From assembly GCF_006345805.1 (NCBI RefSeq), contig NC_043012.1, forward strand, positions 43,338,001 to 43,402,000: DNA of 64,000 nt, read 5' to 3'. Of the stretch, positions 13,720 to 25,502 are shown piece by piece (the stretch's first letter is position 1; each line of letters opens with the position of its first letter). Source of the DNA: Octopus sinensis (taxonomy: Eukaryota). Position numbers and translations under genes: made by a program. The notes under the pieces were generated by a model, which was given only the letters and a program-made list of their open reading frames with translations, had not been told where the DNA came from and did no database searches.

Positions 13720-14660
13720 AAATCCATTTGGGAACATAGTTGGACCGTTATGCAGGTATGTTTTATGCCTCAATATTAATATGAGCTCAGAATTCTTATT
13801 CGAGATTAATCCTCAGTAAAAAAAAAAAAAAATTCTATTTACTTCCATCGTATAGGAATTACAAGGATAAGGTCTTTTACTACTACTATACGATTTGGTA
13901 TTTGATAAAATATGTCCTTAACTGTCATCACAGATGTTTCTATCCTTCAGATTCTGCATGTACGCCGAAAGGGATATCATATTTATTCTATCAAACCTTA
14001 AAAACTGTGTTAAACTTACATAAGATTTACTATTAACAGAGGTGTCAACTACACATTTGTAAACTCCGTTGTTCATTTGGCAATTTCCTTCTAAATGGCA
14101 ATTGTTTCAATTAGCACAATTACAATTTACATTATAACTATTTCCTTAGTTCTCGCAAATTTAGCTACACTCGATGATGAAATGTTTAGCAACTGGAGTT
14201 GTGGAATAATATAATTTAATAAACACTTATATTCTGTAAGTGTTTCAAATTCCATATTACTTAATATTACCAAATAATACCAGTACATCATCCTATACAA
14301 ATTCCGTAGTTACTTTGATACAACTTCTCTAAGGGTTAATGCTTCATTGTAATAAGGAGAGTAATCCATAAATATCTGTTCGACTGCCGAACACCTAGAT
14401 TATTCCAACGAGATTTTCTGAGCAAGTTTCTTTTGATGTTGTTTGTATAGTTTAGAAATTTGCTTATATGCTATAAGTATGGCACGAACGCGGCAATTTG
14501 TCATTGTTAATTGGCCACCATAACTACACGGATCCCTTCCAATATAGAGGGAGGTCATTCTTAAAATGGAATGGAATAGATAGCTCAATAAAATTAGAGA
14601 TCTCTGCCGAATCCTTAAACAACTGAAAAGCATATTTGTGGATACTTTTTTATCCATGTA
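13720..14660 (-). mobile_element. Decayed Penelope-like element (RT C-terminus plus GIY-YIG)
   Basis: CNCAN*NNCHLEGNCQMNNGVYKCVVDTSVNSKSYVSLT and LNKNSELILILRHK match PLE linker/endonuclease consensus. Confidence 0.65.
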
Positions 14661-14933
14661 ATCTACTAATATCAGTCATAACTTTTAGTAAAGTTAGTAT
14701 CCCTAAATGATTGTGGTAATCCGAAAGAAGTATAGCAATTAAATTACTATATTTTCATCAGATTAGCACTATCAGGTTGAATGTATGTATGTATGTATGT
14801 ATGTATGTATGTATGTATGTATGTATGTATGTATGTATGTATGTATGTATGTATGTATGTATGGATGGATGGATGTATGTATGTGTGTATGTATGTATGT
14901 ATATATATATATATATCTATATATACACACATA

Positions 14934-15007
<74 letters not shown>

Positions 15008-15011
15008 CCTA

Positions 15012-15086
<75 letters not shown>

Positions 15087-15164
15087 ATATATAATGTACT
15101 AATTCGTGATAGAAAATTGAGAGATAAATATTATTTATTTAAAGATCACAATGCATGTATGAAA

Positions 15165-15211
15165 ACGCTACTAATAGTTTCATATGTTGAGCAGACATAT
15201 TCTTCAGGCGC
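15165..15211 (-). ncRNA. Type I hammerhead ribozyme motif
   Basis: GCGC CUGAAGA AUAUGU-cugcuca-ACAUAU GAAAC UAUUA GU A GCGU: intact core, stems I-III pair, GUA cleavage triplet. Confidence 0.8.
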
Positions 15212-15814
15212 AAACCACATATCAGAACGAACTAAAGAAATTGAATTAAAGAAGAAACGCGAAAAATCTAAGAGGGCACTATATAGAAAACGCAGACTGT
15301 AAACAACGGAAAACGAAAAACGGAACACGAATAACTGGAACTAAAATGTAAAAAGTAAAAAGTAAAGTGGTAAAAGAGTCATCCTCCCCAGAAATCGACC
15401 AGATTATCGGATGTTGTTATACACCGTTGGTCACAACGCGTTTCGCATTGTTTTAGCACTAACACCACACACTCCCTCGAACGAAACGCCAGTAAATAAA
15501 CCCAGTAAATAGATTTACTTGCATCCAATATCTCATAACGTTACAAACTTATGATCCTTCCGTAGACTATATAAATCTAACAAATTTTTTTCCCTCTAAA
15601 TAACAGTGTACCCATTCTACTCCAGTCATAACCTATATAATGCATACGAACATATATGCACACACGTGTTCTGGTAGTTTACGTGCCCACTGACTATTAT
15701 TTACTATCCTCTCCTCTATCTATCTCTCTTCTTCCAATCCATTTATCTAAGTTATGTATGTTTTAAAATAAACACGTATATACACATACACGTACAAACA
15801 TGCGAGCACACACA

Positions 15815-15858
<44 letters not shown>

Positions 15859-15936
15859 ATATATAATGTACTAATTCGTGATAGAAAATTGAGAGATAAA
15901 TATTATTTATTTAAAGATCACAATGCATGTATGAAA

Positions 15937-15983
15937 ACGCTACTAATAGTTTCATATGTTGAGCAGACATATTCTTCAGGCGC
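15937..15983 (-). ncRNA. Type I hammerhead ribozyme motif (second copy)
   Basis: Identical to 15165-15211, offset by 772 bp. Confidence 0.8.
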
Positions 15984-16586
15984 AAACCACATATCAGAAC
16001 GAACTAAAGAAATTGAATTAAAGAAGAAACGCGAAAAATCTAAGAGGGCACTATATAGAAAACGCAGACTGTAAACAACGGAAAACGAAAAACGGAACAC
16101 GAATAACTGGAACTAAAATGTAAAAAGTAAAAAGTAAAGTGGTAAAAGAGTCATCCTCCCCAGAAATCGACCAGATTATCGGATGTTGTTATACACCGTT
16201 GGTCACAACGCGTTTCGCATTGTTTTAGCACTAACACCACACACTCCCTCGAACGAAACGCCAGTAAATAAACCCAGTAAATAGATTTACTTGCATCCAA
16301 TATCTCATAACGTTACAAACTTATGATCCTTCCGTAGACTATATAAATCTAACAAATTTTTTTCCCTCTAAATAACAGTGTACCCATTCTACTCCAGTCA
16401 TAACCTATATAATGCATACGAACATATATGCACACACGTGTTCTGGTAGTTTACGTGCCCACTGACTATTATTTACTATCCTCTCCTCTATCTATCTCTC
16501 TTCTTCCAATCCATTTATCTAAGTTATGTATGTTTTAAAATAAACACGTATATACACATACACGTACAAACATGCGAGCACACACA

Positions 16587-16651
<65 letters not shown>

Positions 16652-16699
16652 TGTATACGAAATTCTGTTTACTTTTCTTGGAGGCTGAAATATTTAGGC

Positions 16700-17030
16700 T
16701 TATAAATTTCGTGTAGAGCAGAAAATTTAAATAGATATCAAGATCAGCTTTAATAGGCTTATGATTACATTTAAATGTATTATTGTTAAGGTGTACTTTT
16801 CATTTCCAGGTGAGATATTTAGACAAGTTAGAAACATTCCCATGGAAGGTACGGGTAGTCCTTTATTAGCTAACTTGGCATCGTTAGAAGTTAGTTTTCT
16901 GAGTGAATTATGGAATCAGGAAAAGTAGGTTGGCCAACATAGTGGTTTCAGTAGATATATAGATGTATTTTGTTTCATTTCAATATCCTCTCAGAGTAAT
17001 TAGGTCATTCATGCAAATAAAAATTATTGG
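16700..17030 (+). mobile_element. Penelope-like RT fragment
   Basis: GEIFRQVRNIPMEGTGSPLLANL...FSRYID, resembling PLE Q..GIPMG...SPLLAN and RYIDD motifs. Confidence 0.55.
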
Positions 17031-17077
17031 AAGAGTGGAGACGTGTACAAACAAGCGTTAATATATACAGACGTGAA

Positions 17078-17450
17078 GGCGGTGAGCTGACAGAATCGTT
17101 AGCTTACCGGGGAAATGCTTAGCGGCTACGTTCTGAGTTTAAATTCCGCCGAGGTCGACTTTGCCTTTCATATTTTCGGGGTCGATTAAATAAGTACCAT
17201 TTACGCACTGGGGTCGATATAATCGACTTAATCCGTCTGTCTGTCCTTGTTTGTCCTCACTGTGTTTAGCCCCTTATAAAGAAATAGGCATGTCGTCCGA
17301 TTTTACATTTTGACTCCAAATTCTGCCGAGGTCGACTTTACCTTTCATCCTTTCGGGGTCGATGAAGTAGGTACCAGCTGAGCACTGGGTCGATGTAATC
17401 GACTTAACGGCTCCCCTAAAATTACTAATATTGTGTCAAAATTTGAAACT
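17078..17450 (+). mobile_element. Two tandem family A SINEs (second 5'-truncated)
   Basis: The GGTCGACTTT...GGGGTCGAT core occurs twice. Confidence 0.8.
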
Positions 17451-17815
17451 AATATATACAGACGTATAATTGATCAGTTGATTACGGCTTGCAACAGTAT
17501 TTTAACGAAATTGTACGCTTGTGCGTTTGCTATGTTCATTTAAAAATGCAAACTCGAACTCACAACAAACGGAACTGAAATAATGAGAGTTACTCCTCTT
17601 GTCTGGGAATGACATGAAGAAAACAAAATAGCATCCTGTTAATGTAAGATCTATGCTGTCCAATCAGAGAAAACTCCATCCAAATTCGTTGACTTCAATC
17701 AGATTTAGTAGACTGAATGATTGTAAGGTCTCATAATTCGGTTGTACATATGGAATCTTAGGCAGACTTGAACTCTGGTTCCAGCTTCTAATAACTAAAT
17801 AAACCTATACAGCAC

Positions 17816-18215
17816 AGCATCTCAACCTTTTCTGCCTCAAGGCACCCTTGCCAAGCCTTTCAGAAGTCCACAGCACCCCTATTAGAAATCCTAACATGAC
17901 AGTTGTTTTTTGATTCAACATCAATATAACAAACTTTGTCCCTGGATAATAACATCTGTGTAAGCAAACTAGTCCCTGGGATTGATAATAAAAAATTTCT
18001 TTATTTTACCAATGTTGATATAATAAACATAAAATAGATGACAATACAAAAATGTAATATACATCAATACAAAATATAAGATGACAAATATGTTTATAGT
18101 TAAAATAGTATCAAAGTATATTTTTTTACTCTAATCAATCAATCATGATACCACATATGTATGTATATTTCTCAGCACCCCTCGGTTGATCTCACGGCAC
18201 ACCGATTGGAACACG
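17816..18215. mobile_element. Possible hAT-type MITE
   Basis: Degenerate ends cagcatctcaacc... and ...cggcacaccgattggaacacgg, resembling CAGTGGTTCTCAACC-type TIRs. Confidence 0.35.
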
Positions 18216-18251
18216 GAATATTCTTTCTTCCGCTTATTCCTTCTACACACG

Positions 18252-18319
<68 letters not shown>

Positions 18320-19141
18320 ACACACACACACACACAGATGATTTAGAAAAACTAATGCAGTTACGGATTTGATATTGCACAAGATATAACCGGCAAAACA
18401 GAGTGGGAAGCAGAACAGGAAGAACATTAGCATTTCAGTGTGATGCCTTATTGTGCAGATATAATATTATTTGTGGCTTAGTCTATCTCTTTTAACAGTT
18501 ATTGAAATGAAAATGTAATTAAATTTTGAATAAACTCCCTTTGTATTCGAAATGAGTTTTTAGGAATATTCTATTTGCAACAGAATGTACATGCTGGCGG
18601 AAATATGGATATACGAAGTTACATAACGTCCAGGATACCTCAACTCTGCCATGAGCAGATAAAGGTGAGCAGCTTGATCTGTTCAGGGTGATGTTGTAGG
18701 GCAACCAGAACATAGAGATAGATAAATCAGTTTATATAGGGGTAGATAGATAGAAGAATCGAGAAACAGAAATGAATACACACATATACATGTGTGCACA
18801 ATTAAAAACATTGCAACAAACTTTTATGCACCTTATAACATTGAAAACTTAAACTTAGACCATATAAAACTTCACAATCATCTATTATTCATTCACTTTC
18901 GATCTCCGTTTCATTTTCTCCCAAGCGTGTAATTTATATTTTCCTTCAAGTTGTTGTTTTGCTTGGTAATGGCAAACTTTTTCTTCTTTTTCACACAATA
19001 ATAACCACTGACAAAAACTAGAATGAAATACACTTGTCTTATCTTGGTTAGCACCGGAAGCCCCCATATACAATGATAACAAATATTTTATACATATGCG
19101 GTATATTATTAACTGGAATCAGATTTCATAGAGATAACATA

Positions 19142-19950
19142 CAGTACCGGCCAGTTTAAACTGTTGTAAATTTCTACTAATTACCAACCTATAAGTGGAT
19201 GTTTCGCATTGCGTTTTTTTAAAGATGAAACATTGGCCCTGTTGGAGTCATTTCCGTATCTAATCATCATATTTTGTATTAGGGGCTCTGAATGAGAGGG
19301 GAAGATGCGAAACGACCATCAAAAATTGCTGTGCAAAATTTTTCGGTCACCTCACATACAGATATAGTGCTTTAAAACAGAAAAATGTCTATAATGAAAA
19401 TTTATGTTCATTTCAAGAATTTACTGTACACTGTTAATATTTCGTGTGACATCCTTTAGCTTACATAACTGCTTCAATGCGCCTGTGAAGAGATACGTTC
19501 AATTCCTTCACCGTCTTCACAGGTATGAGATGCCATTCGCTGTGGCTGAACTCCCACATCTCTTGAATATTGCGTGGAATCTTCTGACGAACTCTTCTCT
19601 AGTTCTGTCCACATTTTCTCGATGATAATTAAGTCAGGGCTCTGAGCTTGCAAATCTTTCAATACTTTAAAACCTTCATCAGTCAAACTTAGTTGTGTTG
19701 CACGCGATCTGTGGTACGGAGCTCCGTCATGCTGAAAAATCTCACCTTCATCCAAGTCTGGTATCAAGTTGTCCTTTAGCAACTGGACATAATTGGAACT
19801 ATTCAAGTTTCCGTCAATTTCAACGAACTTTCTTGAAGCATCACTTATTATATACCCCCAAAGCATCAGACTCATACTCCAAAACTTCACTGTTTTCGTC
19901 ATGTAACGTGGATCGTTTTCCTTTCCTGGAGGCCTTCTGACAAATTCTCG
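19142..19950 (-). mobile_element. Tc1-like transposon, 3' half plus long IR (DD35E spacing)
   Basis: ORF 19474-19902 FQHDGAPYH...QSPDLIIIE; TA|CAGTACC end; inner direct repeat at ~19330. Same family as 61614-62132. Confidence 0.85.
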
Positions 19951-20419
19951 TTTATTAGAAAGCGAAATACGGTGATAATATAGGCGTTGTTATTTAATTA
20001 AGTGAGTTTACATGATGTCCAACCTATATATTAGTGAAAATTAGAGGTAGCTGATTTACTTCAAGTAGACTTGTGGTAAAATTTAAATGATTTAAAAATG
20101 TATGCAAACACGTAGAGAAAGCTTCATGTGAAAGGATTTTCTATAGATTCCCTCAAACATAACAAACAGAGGGAATTTCGACCTTGGTATGCAGGACTTG
20201 AGTGAATGACTGATCAAGCTATATTATGTAGTATGTTCTTTTCCCTAAGGTAGTGTATATCTTCTGCGAGAATAGATTTAACATGTTTTTCATATATAAA
20301 TGAATTTATCTTCTATCTTTCACTTGTTTCGGTCATTAGACTGCAGCCATGCTGGGACATCAACCCGGTACTTATTTTATTTTCATGCCCGATACTTCTT
20401 TTTATCGGTCTGTATCTTT

Positions 20420-20700
20420 ACTTGAAACTAACAGTAGCTCCAATATAAATCTTGGTGGAGATTTTGGAGTTTATTAAGGAACGGGTGCTTATAAACTACA
20501 TTAAACCTCCGACATTGAGCTTGTAATGGGCATTTATCCCAAATTTTGAAGTTGAAATTCATCTATTTAGTTTAGGAGTTTTGTTGCTAAGTAAATTAGG
20601 GTATGTAAAATTAGAAGGTGCACTATAGTTTAAGCTAGTTCTTTCTAATCGGTTTTCATTGTTTTCGATGTCATTTATATTGTTATTGTCGCGGTTGGTG
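20420..20700 (-). mobile_element. Penelope-like endonuclease-linker fragment
   Basis: TSLNYSAPSN... and DKCPLQAQCRRFNVVYK. Confidence 0.45.
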
Positions 20701-20749
20701 GTAGAAAGACTATTATTGTAATTGGTACTATTCATGTTGTTGCTATTTG

Positions 20750-20975
20750 TCAATCGCAAGATAATGGTTTCAGTTCCTACACCGGGTGGTGCGTTGTGTT
20801 CTTGAGCAAAACACTTCATCTCGCGTCGCTCTGCGATCACGTAGACACTTAATGTTTGGCACACAGTGGACCTGCTAAAGGAACGTCGATTTGATAGAGG
20901 GAGTGAGCTATTGAGCAGCACGAACATTTGATCCCTATAAACAACTCATTTGTGCTGAATACTCATACATCGTCT
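20750..20975 (+). mobile_element. tRNA-derived SINE, family C (CORE-like)
   Basis: GTTGTGTTCTTGAGCAAAACACTT CORE-like block; homologous to 63440-63710 and to 44730-45050 (minus). Confidence 0.55.
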
Positions 20976-20994
20976 TCAACGGGAGAGTCCATTA

Positions 20995-21620
20995 TCTTCA
21001 TCATTATCATTATTATTATTATGTTTCTTCCTTCTTTCTTCAAATTTTCTTCCGTTTCTCGCCGAGTGTTTTCCATACACCTAGGGCAGAGAAGGGCATT
21101 GTATGTATTCCCAGATTACACGCGCAAATTCAAAGATAAAATATGTATTTAAAAATTAATAAATAAATAAATTCATGGATAGATGTTGTTTTCACAGCGA
21201 TAGTGCTCTTCTCAGTACATGAGCCGTTCCAGTTAATACGATTTTTGGCACTTCCTGTAGGGATGGTAAGCCTGGGATCATTTTCAAATAGGTTTCAGTA
21301 CCTTTTTTTTATCATTCCTAGAGAGCCTAAAATCACTGGTACTGTAGTCGCCTTGAGATGCCACATTTTTTTCAATTTCTATTAGCAAGTCTTTATATTT
21401 ACTAACCTTGTCAAATTCTTTCGCCGCTATATTGTGATCGCAAGGAATACTCATGACAATTAATAAACACATTTTTTTGTCTGATCTTTTATAATAATAT
21501 CCGGTTTATTAGCTTTTATAGTCTTGTCGGTCTGTACGGGAAAGTCCCATAGAATCGACACATTTTCTCCCTCAGTCACAGCTTCAGGATGGTGTTTATA
21601 CCATTTGTCAGCGGTTTTGA

Positions 21621-21623
<3 letters not shown>
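20995..21623 (-). mobile_element. 5'-truncated R4/Dong-like LINE (RLE domain and 3' UTR)
   Basis: ILWDFPVQTDKTIKANKPDIII...KYKDL (PD-D/ExK RLE). Starts at an (AAT)n run on its own strand; near-identical family to 36260-36480. Confidence 0.85.
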
Positions 21624-21674
<51 letters not shown>

Positions 21675-21716
21675 TAGCACTATGACCCGGTAACGCCATT
21701 ATTATTATTATTATTA

Positions 21717-22019
21717 CTAGCACTATGACCCGGCGTTGCCGGGTCATACAGCTAGCTGGCATTCAATTGGCGTATCAAGTTTCGGGCATTTTGATTGGGT
21801 TTTGGATAGAAAATTCACAAAAATGTCACTCCTATTGATTTTTTAATGGCTTTGCGGGGTGACTGCGGAAATGTAAAGATGTGCACGACCACCCTTGGAC
21901 GGTTTTGAAACCATAGAAAGTGCGAGCCCTCTAACTGAAAAATTGTGGATTTGTATAAAGGATACACACACACAAACACACACACACACACAGATATTTT
22001 GCCGTTATATATACAGAGA
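21717..22019 (-). mobile_element. Non-autonomous Helitron-like element
   Basis: A|TCTCTGTATATATAAC 5' end; 3' hairpin TATGACCCGG-caacg-CCGGGTCATA then GTG-CTAG|T; inserted between A and T. Confidence 0.75.
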
Positions 22020-22034
22020 TTATTTCTTTTTTAA

Positions 22035-22207
22035 GGCGGCGAGCTGGCAGAAACGGGATTTCGTCCGTCTTTACGTTCTGGATTCAAATTCCGCCGAGGT
22101 CGACTTTGCCTTTCATCTTTTCGGAGTCGATAAAATAAGTACCAGTTACGCACTGGGGTCGATGTAATCGACTTATCCCCTCACCCAAAATTTCAGGCAT
22201 TGTGCCC
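22035..22207 (+). mobile_element. Family A SINE (internally deleted)
   Basis: Head plus conserved core. Confidence 0.85.
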
Positions 22208-23835
22208 GTATCTCCTATCAACTCTCCCTCAGGCGAAAACGTTCCTCCTCTTCCGTCGCCCTCTCCTCTTGTAGTGTACGAGACGAAGGGTGACAGCGGC
22301 GGCAGTAGCAACAACGACAACAACAGCAACAAAAACAACAAGATGAACAATCTGAACTGTGAAAGTGCACGAGAAATCAGCAACGGCAACATCACCACCA
22401 CCGTCATCACCAACACGAAGTAAAGCAGCGAAAATAGTGAGATAACAGCAACAAAAGTAAACCCATCCCCACCGATATCACAGCCACTACAACAACAAAC
22501 AGTATTGAAAGAAAAAACAGGGACATGGTGAACGACAGAAGCAATGCAAAAGACGTTAATGAAACCATCCAGAAACTTAAAGACCCCCACAACAACTGCA
22601 ACAACAACAGCAGAATCACCAACAACAATAACAGAGGTGACAACAACAATAACAGCAACAACAACAACGAAGGAATTGGGCAACAAGCCGCTGCAATGGC
22701 TTGGAATAACATTAAACTTTCTAAGTCATTTCTTTAGAGAATTTTATTCTGTGAAGGGGTAGCAAAAAATGGCAGACAGCTAATCGAAATAGACGGGTTA
22801 GCTGTCAAGCTAAATAGCCTCCTGGAAACTATCCAAAATACGATACGGATTAAAGTTAAGGAGGGTAGAAAGAGGCACAGAGGCTCAATTACAAAAAAAA
22901 ACTTTAGGTTCCGTCTGGAATCTAAAGGAATCTATACAGAGAGGAAGAGGCTATGGGATGGTGGAGGGGAGGTTTCGCATAGAGGACGCTAAATCTCATT
23001 CTCCAAAACCCCTTAAAAACGAGGAGCTGTTGTTAGTTCCCTTCTACTGCGATCAGAGACTGGCCAAAATAATCATACGACAGGTGCTGCCAGAAATAAC
23101 CATTTTTCGGCGAATTGCTGCGGTAGCGATAGGCATCGAGGAAAACTCGAAAATCCTCGAAGCCAATCAAACCGAAAATGAGAACTGGTCCACGATGACG
23201 ATAGGAGTCTTCCTCCAAACAACCCAAAAGAATGAGGATCTCACCTCAGACCAGATCCATCTTCTTGGAGGCAGCATTATTCCGGTAAGGATGGATGGAA
23301 GGAAAGGAAGGTGCCACATTTGCTTCTCTGCCACTCATCTGAAAGCCTACTGCCCTAGATTAAAGGAAACAGAGAGATGGGCTCCTCACCTTCCTACACT
23401 AGCAACAGCCACAAGAACTCGGGCAACAACAGCAGCAAAACGATCACCATCAGCATAATTCAGCGGTGATAGCACCAATACCAATCATACCGACACCAAA
23501 TTCCCCCAAACGCTTCTCAGTGCCCGAAGATGATCCACTTCCTGATGGAGAGTCTGATCGCGATGAGGAGTGGAAGATAAAAATATTTAAAAAAAAGCGA
23601 AACAAAAAAGACAAGAAGAAAAACAAATCTATGGCCAGATAGGAACACTCCTCATTCACACAAGCAGTAGCGAGGAAAAAATAAAGGCAACAAAAATAAA
23701 TACTACCAAGAACACCTGAAACACTACCTCAACCAACAACACCACCACAAACACAATCCATCTCACAGACAACCACAACCACAACGACAGCAACAACAAC
23801 AGCAACAAACACAGAGTAGAAACTTGAATTACAAC
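22208..23835 (+). mobile_element. L1/Tx1-like LINE, ORF1 portion (decayed)
   Basis: Asn-rich N-terminus; CCHC knuckle CHICFSATHLKAYC in ORF 22958-23458. Confidence 0.65.
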
Positions 23836-23847
23836 TACATGGCAATA

Positions 23848-23948
23848 ACATTATTTACATTATTCAGGTCACTGCCTGGAGTCAAACTCGGATTCTTGGG
23901 TTTAGTAGCCTGCGCTCTTAACCACTACGCCATATGCCCACGGGCATA
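23848..23948 (-). mobile_element. tRNA-like SINE head (inverted part of a composite insertion)
   Basis: GGGCATA TGGCGTAGTGG TTAAGAGCGCAGG CTACTAA ACCCAAGAATCC GAGTTTGACTCC: A box, anticodon-arm remnant, degenerate B box. Not a valid cloverleaf. Confidence 0.7.
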
Positions 23949-23977
23949 TAATAATAATAATAATAGTAGTAGTAGTA

Positions 23978-24045
<68 letters not shown>

Positions 24046-24600
24046 TGCCCTGATGCAGTACCAGGCAGTGGCTCTCATGGCTTCTGATCTTAACTGATCG
24101 GAAGTGTTATCATGTACATTGTTTTGTCTTGGTATAAAAGATGGGCTACAGCAAATATTCTGCTCAATACCACAGATTTGCTTGTCAGTTGTTTGACCGT
24201 AACCAGTTGAGCATGTCCCTTAGTGGCTGACGATATGTGCATCTCTGATCATGAGCAGAAGTAGTGGGGGAGCATCATAGCCATGTGTTGAGAGGGATTC
24301 TTTGAGGTTTGAATAATTCACCTCTGGAAACATGGGTAGTTCTTTCAACATCATTAAACAACCCTTATTCAGGGACCTTTTGAGCGGGATGGGCTACTCA
24401 GCCTGAAGAAATTTCTAACTGGGCCCCACCTGCAAGGTCATGTGCTGTTTATCTTGATATGAGATCACCATGTCGCGCACATATGGTTGTGATGCATGTG
24501 CCTGGTGTACCCTTATCAGACGGGTAGTCATGATGGGTATATTGGGCTTCGTATATTTTACCCCAGTGTCACTTTGATGGCATGAACTGCTCTCTCACTC
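24046..24600. mobile_element. ~555-bp non-coding interspersed repeat flanked by (AAT)n, copy 1
   Basis: Co-linear with 45358-45911 and 26842-27388. Confidence 0.9.
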
Positions 24601-24657
<57 letters not shown>

Positions 24658-25303
24658 TAGGAGATGGACAAGAAACAATAAATCATATTATCTCTGGCTG
24701 CCCAATCCTGGCTAAGAAGGAATATATTCACAGACACAACAGAGTTGGGACCTATATACACTGGAAACTATGCCAGCATTATGGAATAACAACAGAAAAA
24801 AGATGGTATAGGCACACACCAGAAAAGGTCACAGAAAACGAGAAAGCAACCATACTCTGGGATATGCCAATACACACAGATAGAGAAATTAAGGCCAACA
24901 GACCAGATATAGTTGTCAGAGATCTTGAAGAAAAAAAAATGTTTTCTAATTAATGTATCAATACCAGCGGATGACAACGTATCTCTAAAAGAAATGGAGA
25001 AACTTTCAAAATACAAAGACCTGGAAATGGAGGTAACCAGAATGTGGAATCTAAAAACAGAAACAATTCCTATCATAATAGGTGCATTAGGCATGATAGA
25101 CAAATACATAACAAAAACACCAGGACTTACAAACACATATAACATACAGAAAATTGCACTACTAGGCACTGCACACATCATTCGCAGAACACTTTCCATA
25201 CAATAACCATCAGAGCATCACAAAAAATCACATCACATACCCAAGGCACACAGAGCTGCGCTCGGTAGTGAAGTGAAAACACGATATAAAACATATACTA
25301 CTG
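24658..25303 (+). mobile_element. 5'-truncated R4/Dong-like LINE
   Basis: ETINHIISGCPILAKKEYIHRHN, ILWDMPIHTDREIKANRPDIVV, KYKDLEMEV; (AAT)n on both sides. Confidence 0.9.
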
Positions 25304-25369
25304 AATAATAATAATAATAACATCGGAAAATACCTTACGAATGAGAACCCAGGTTCGAAATTTCCCCCA

Positions 25370-25415
25370 AACACCTGATGAAGGTTGGAGGGTATATCAG
25401 CCGAAACGTTGTGTT
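25370..25415 (+). ncRNA. Minimal type I hammerhead ribozyme motif
   Basis: AACAC CUGAUGA A GGUUG-gaggguauau-CAGCC GAAAC GU U GUGUU: 5-bp stem I, extra A after A9, palindromic ACGU stem III. Confidence 0.8.
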
Positions 25416-25502
25416 AACAACAAACAAGATGAGGACAAATATCCGTCATTTTTAAATAATGTAAATAATGTACATATTCCTTATCTCTTAAATATAGAAC
25501 TG

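Larger units (their letters stand above)
15047..16590. repeat. Near-perfect direct tandem duplication, 772-bp period
   Basis: Identical ORFs at 15146/15918; even the TT interruption in the TA run repeats (15075 and 15847). Confidence 0.95.

Noticed and set aside
14020-14100. Apparent Ig-like exon (NGVYKCVVD) ending at a perfect gtaagt donor
   Set aside because: The flanks continue as PLE CNC..CPLEGNC...VYK...YIG motifs; it is a decayed GIY-YIG linker.
18519-18713. GRVEV motif in a minus ORF, and an open 81-nt AG/GT-bounded segment on the plus strand
   Set aside because: No WGTVC, no SRCR cysteines, no suitable minus-strand splice sites; the plus peptide is unrecognisable. Possibly an old RT remnant.
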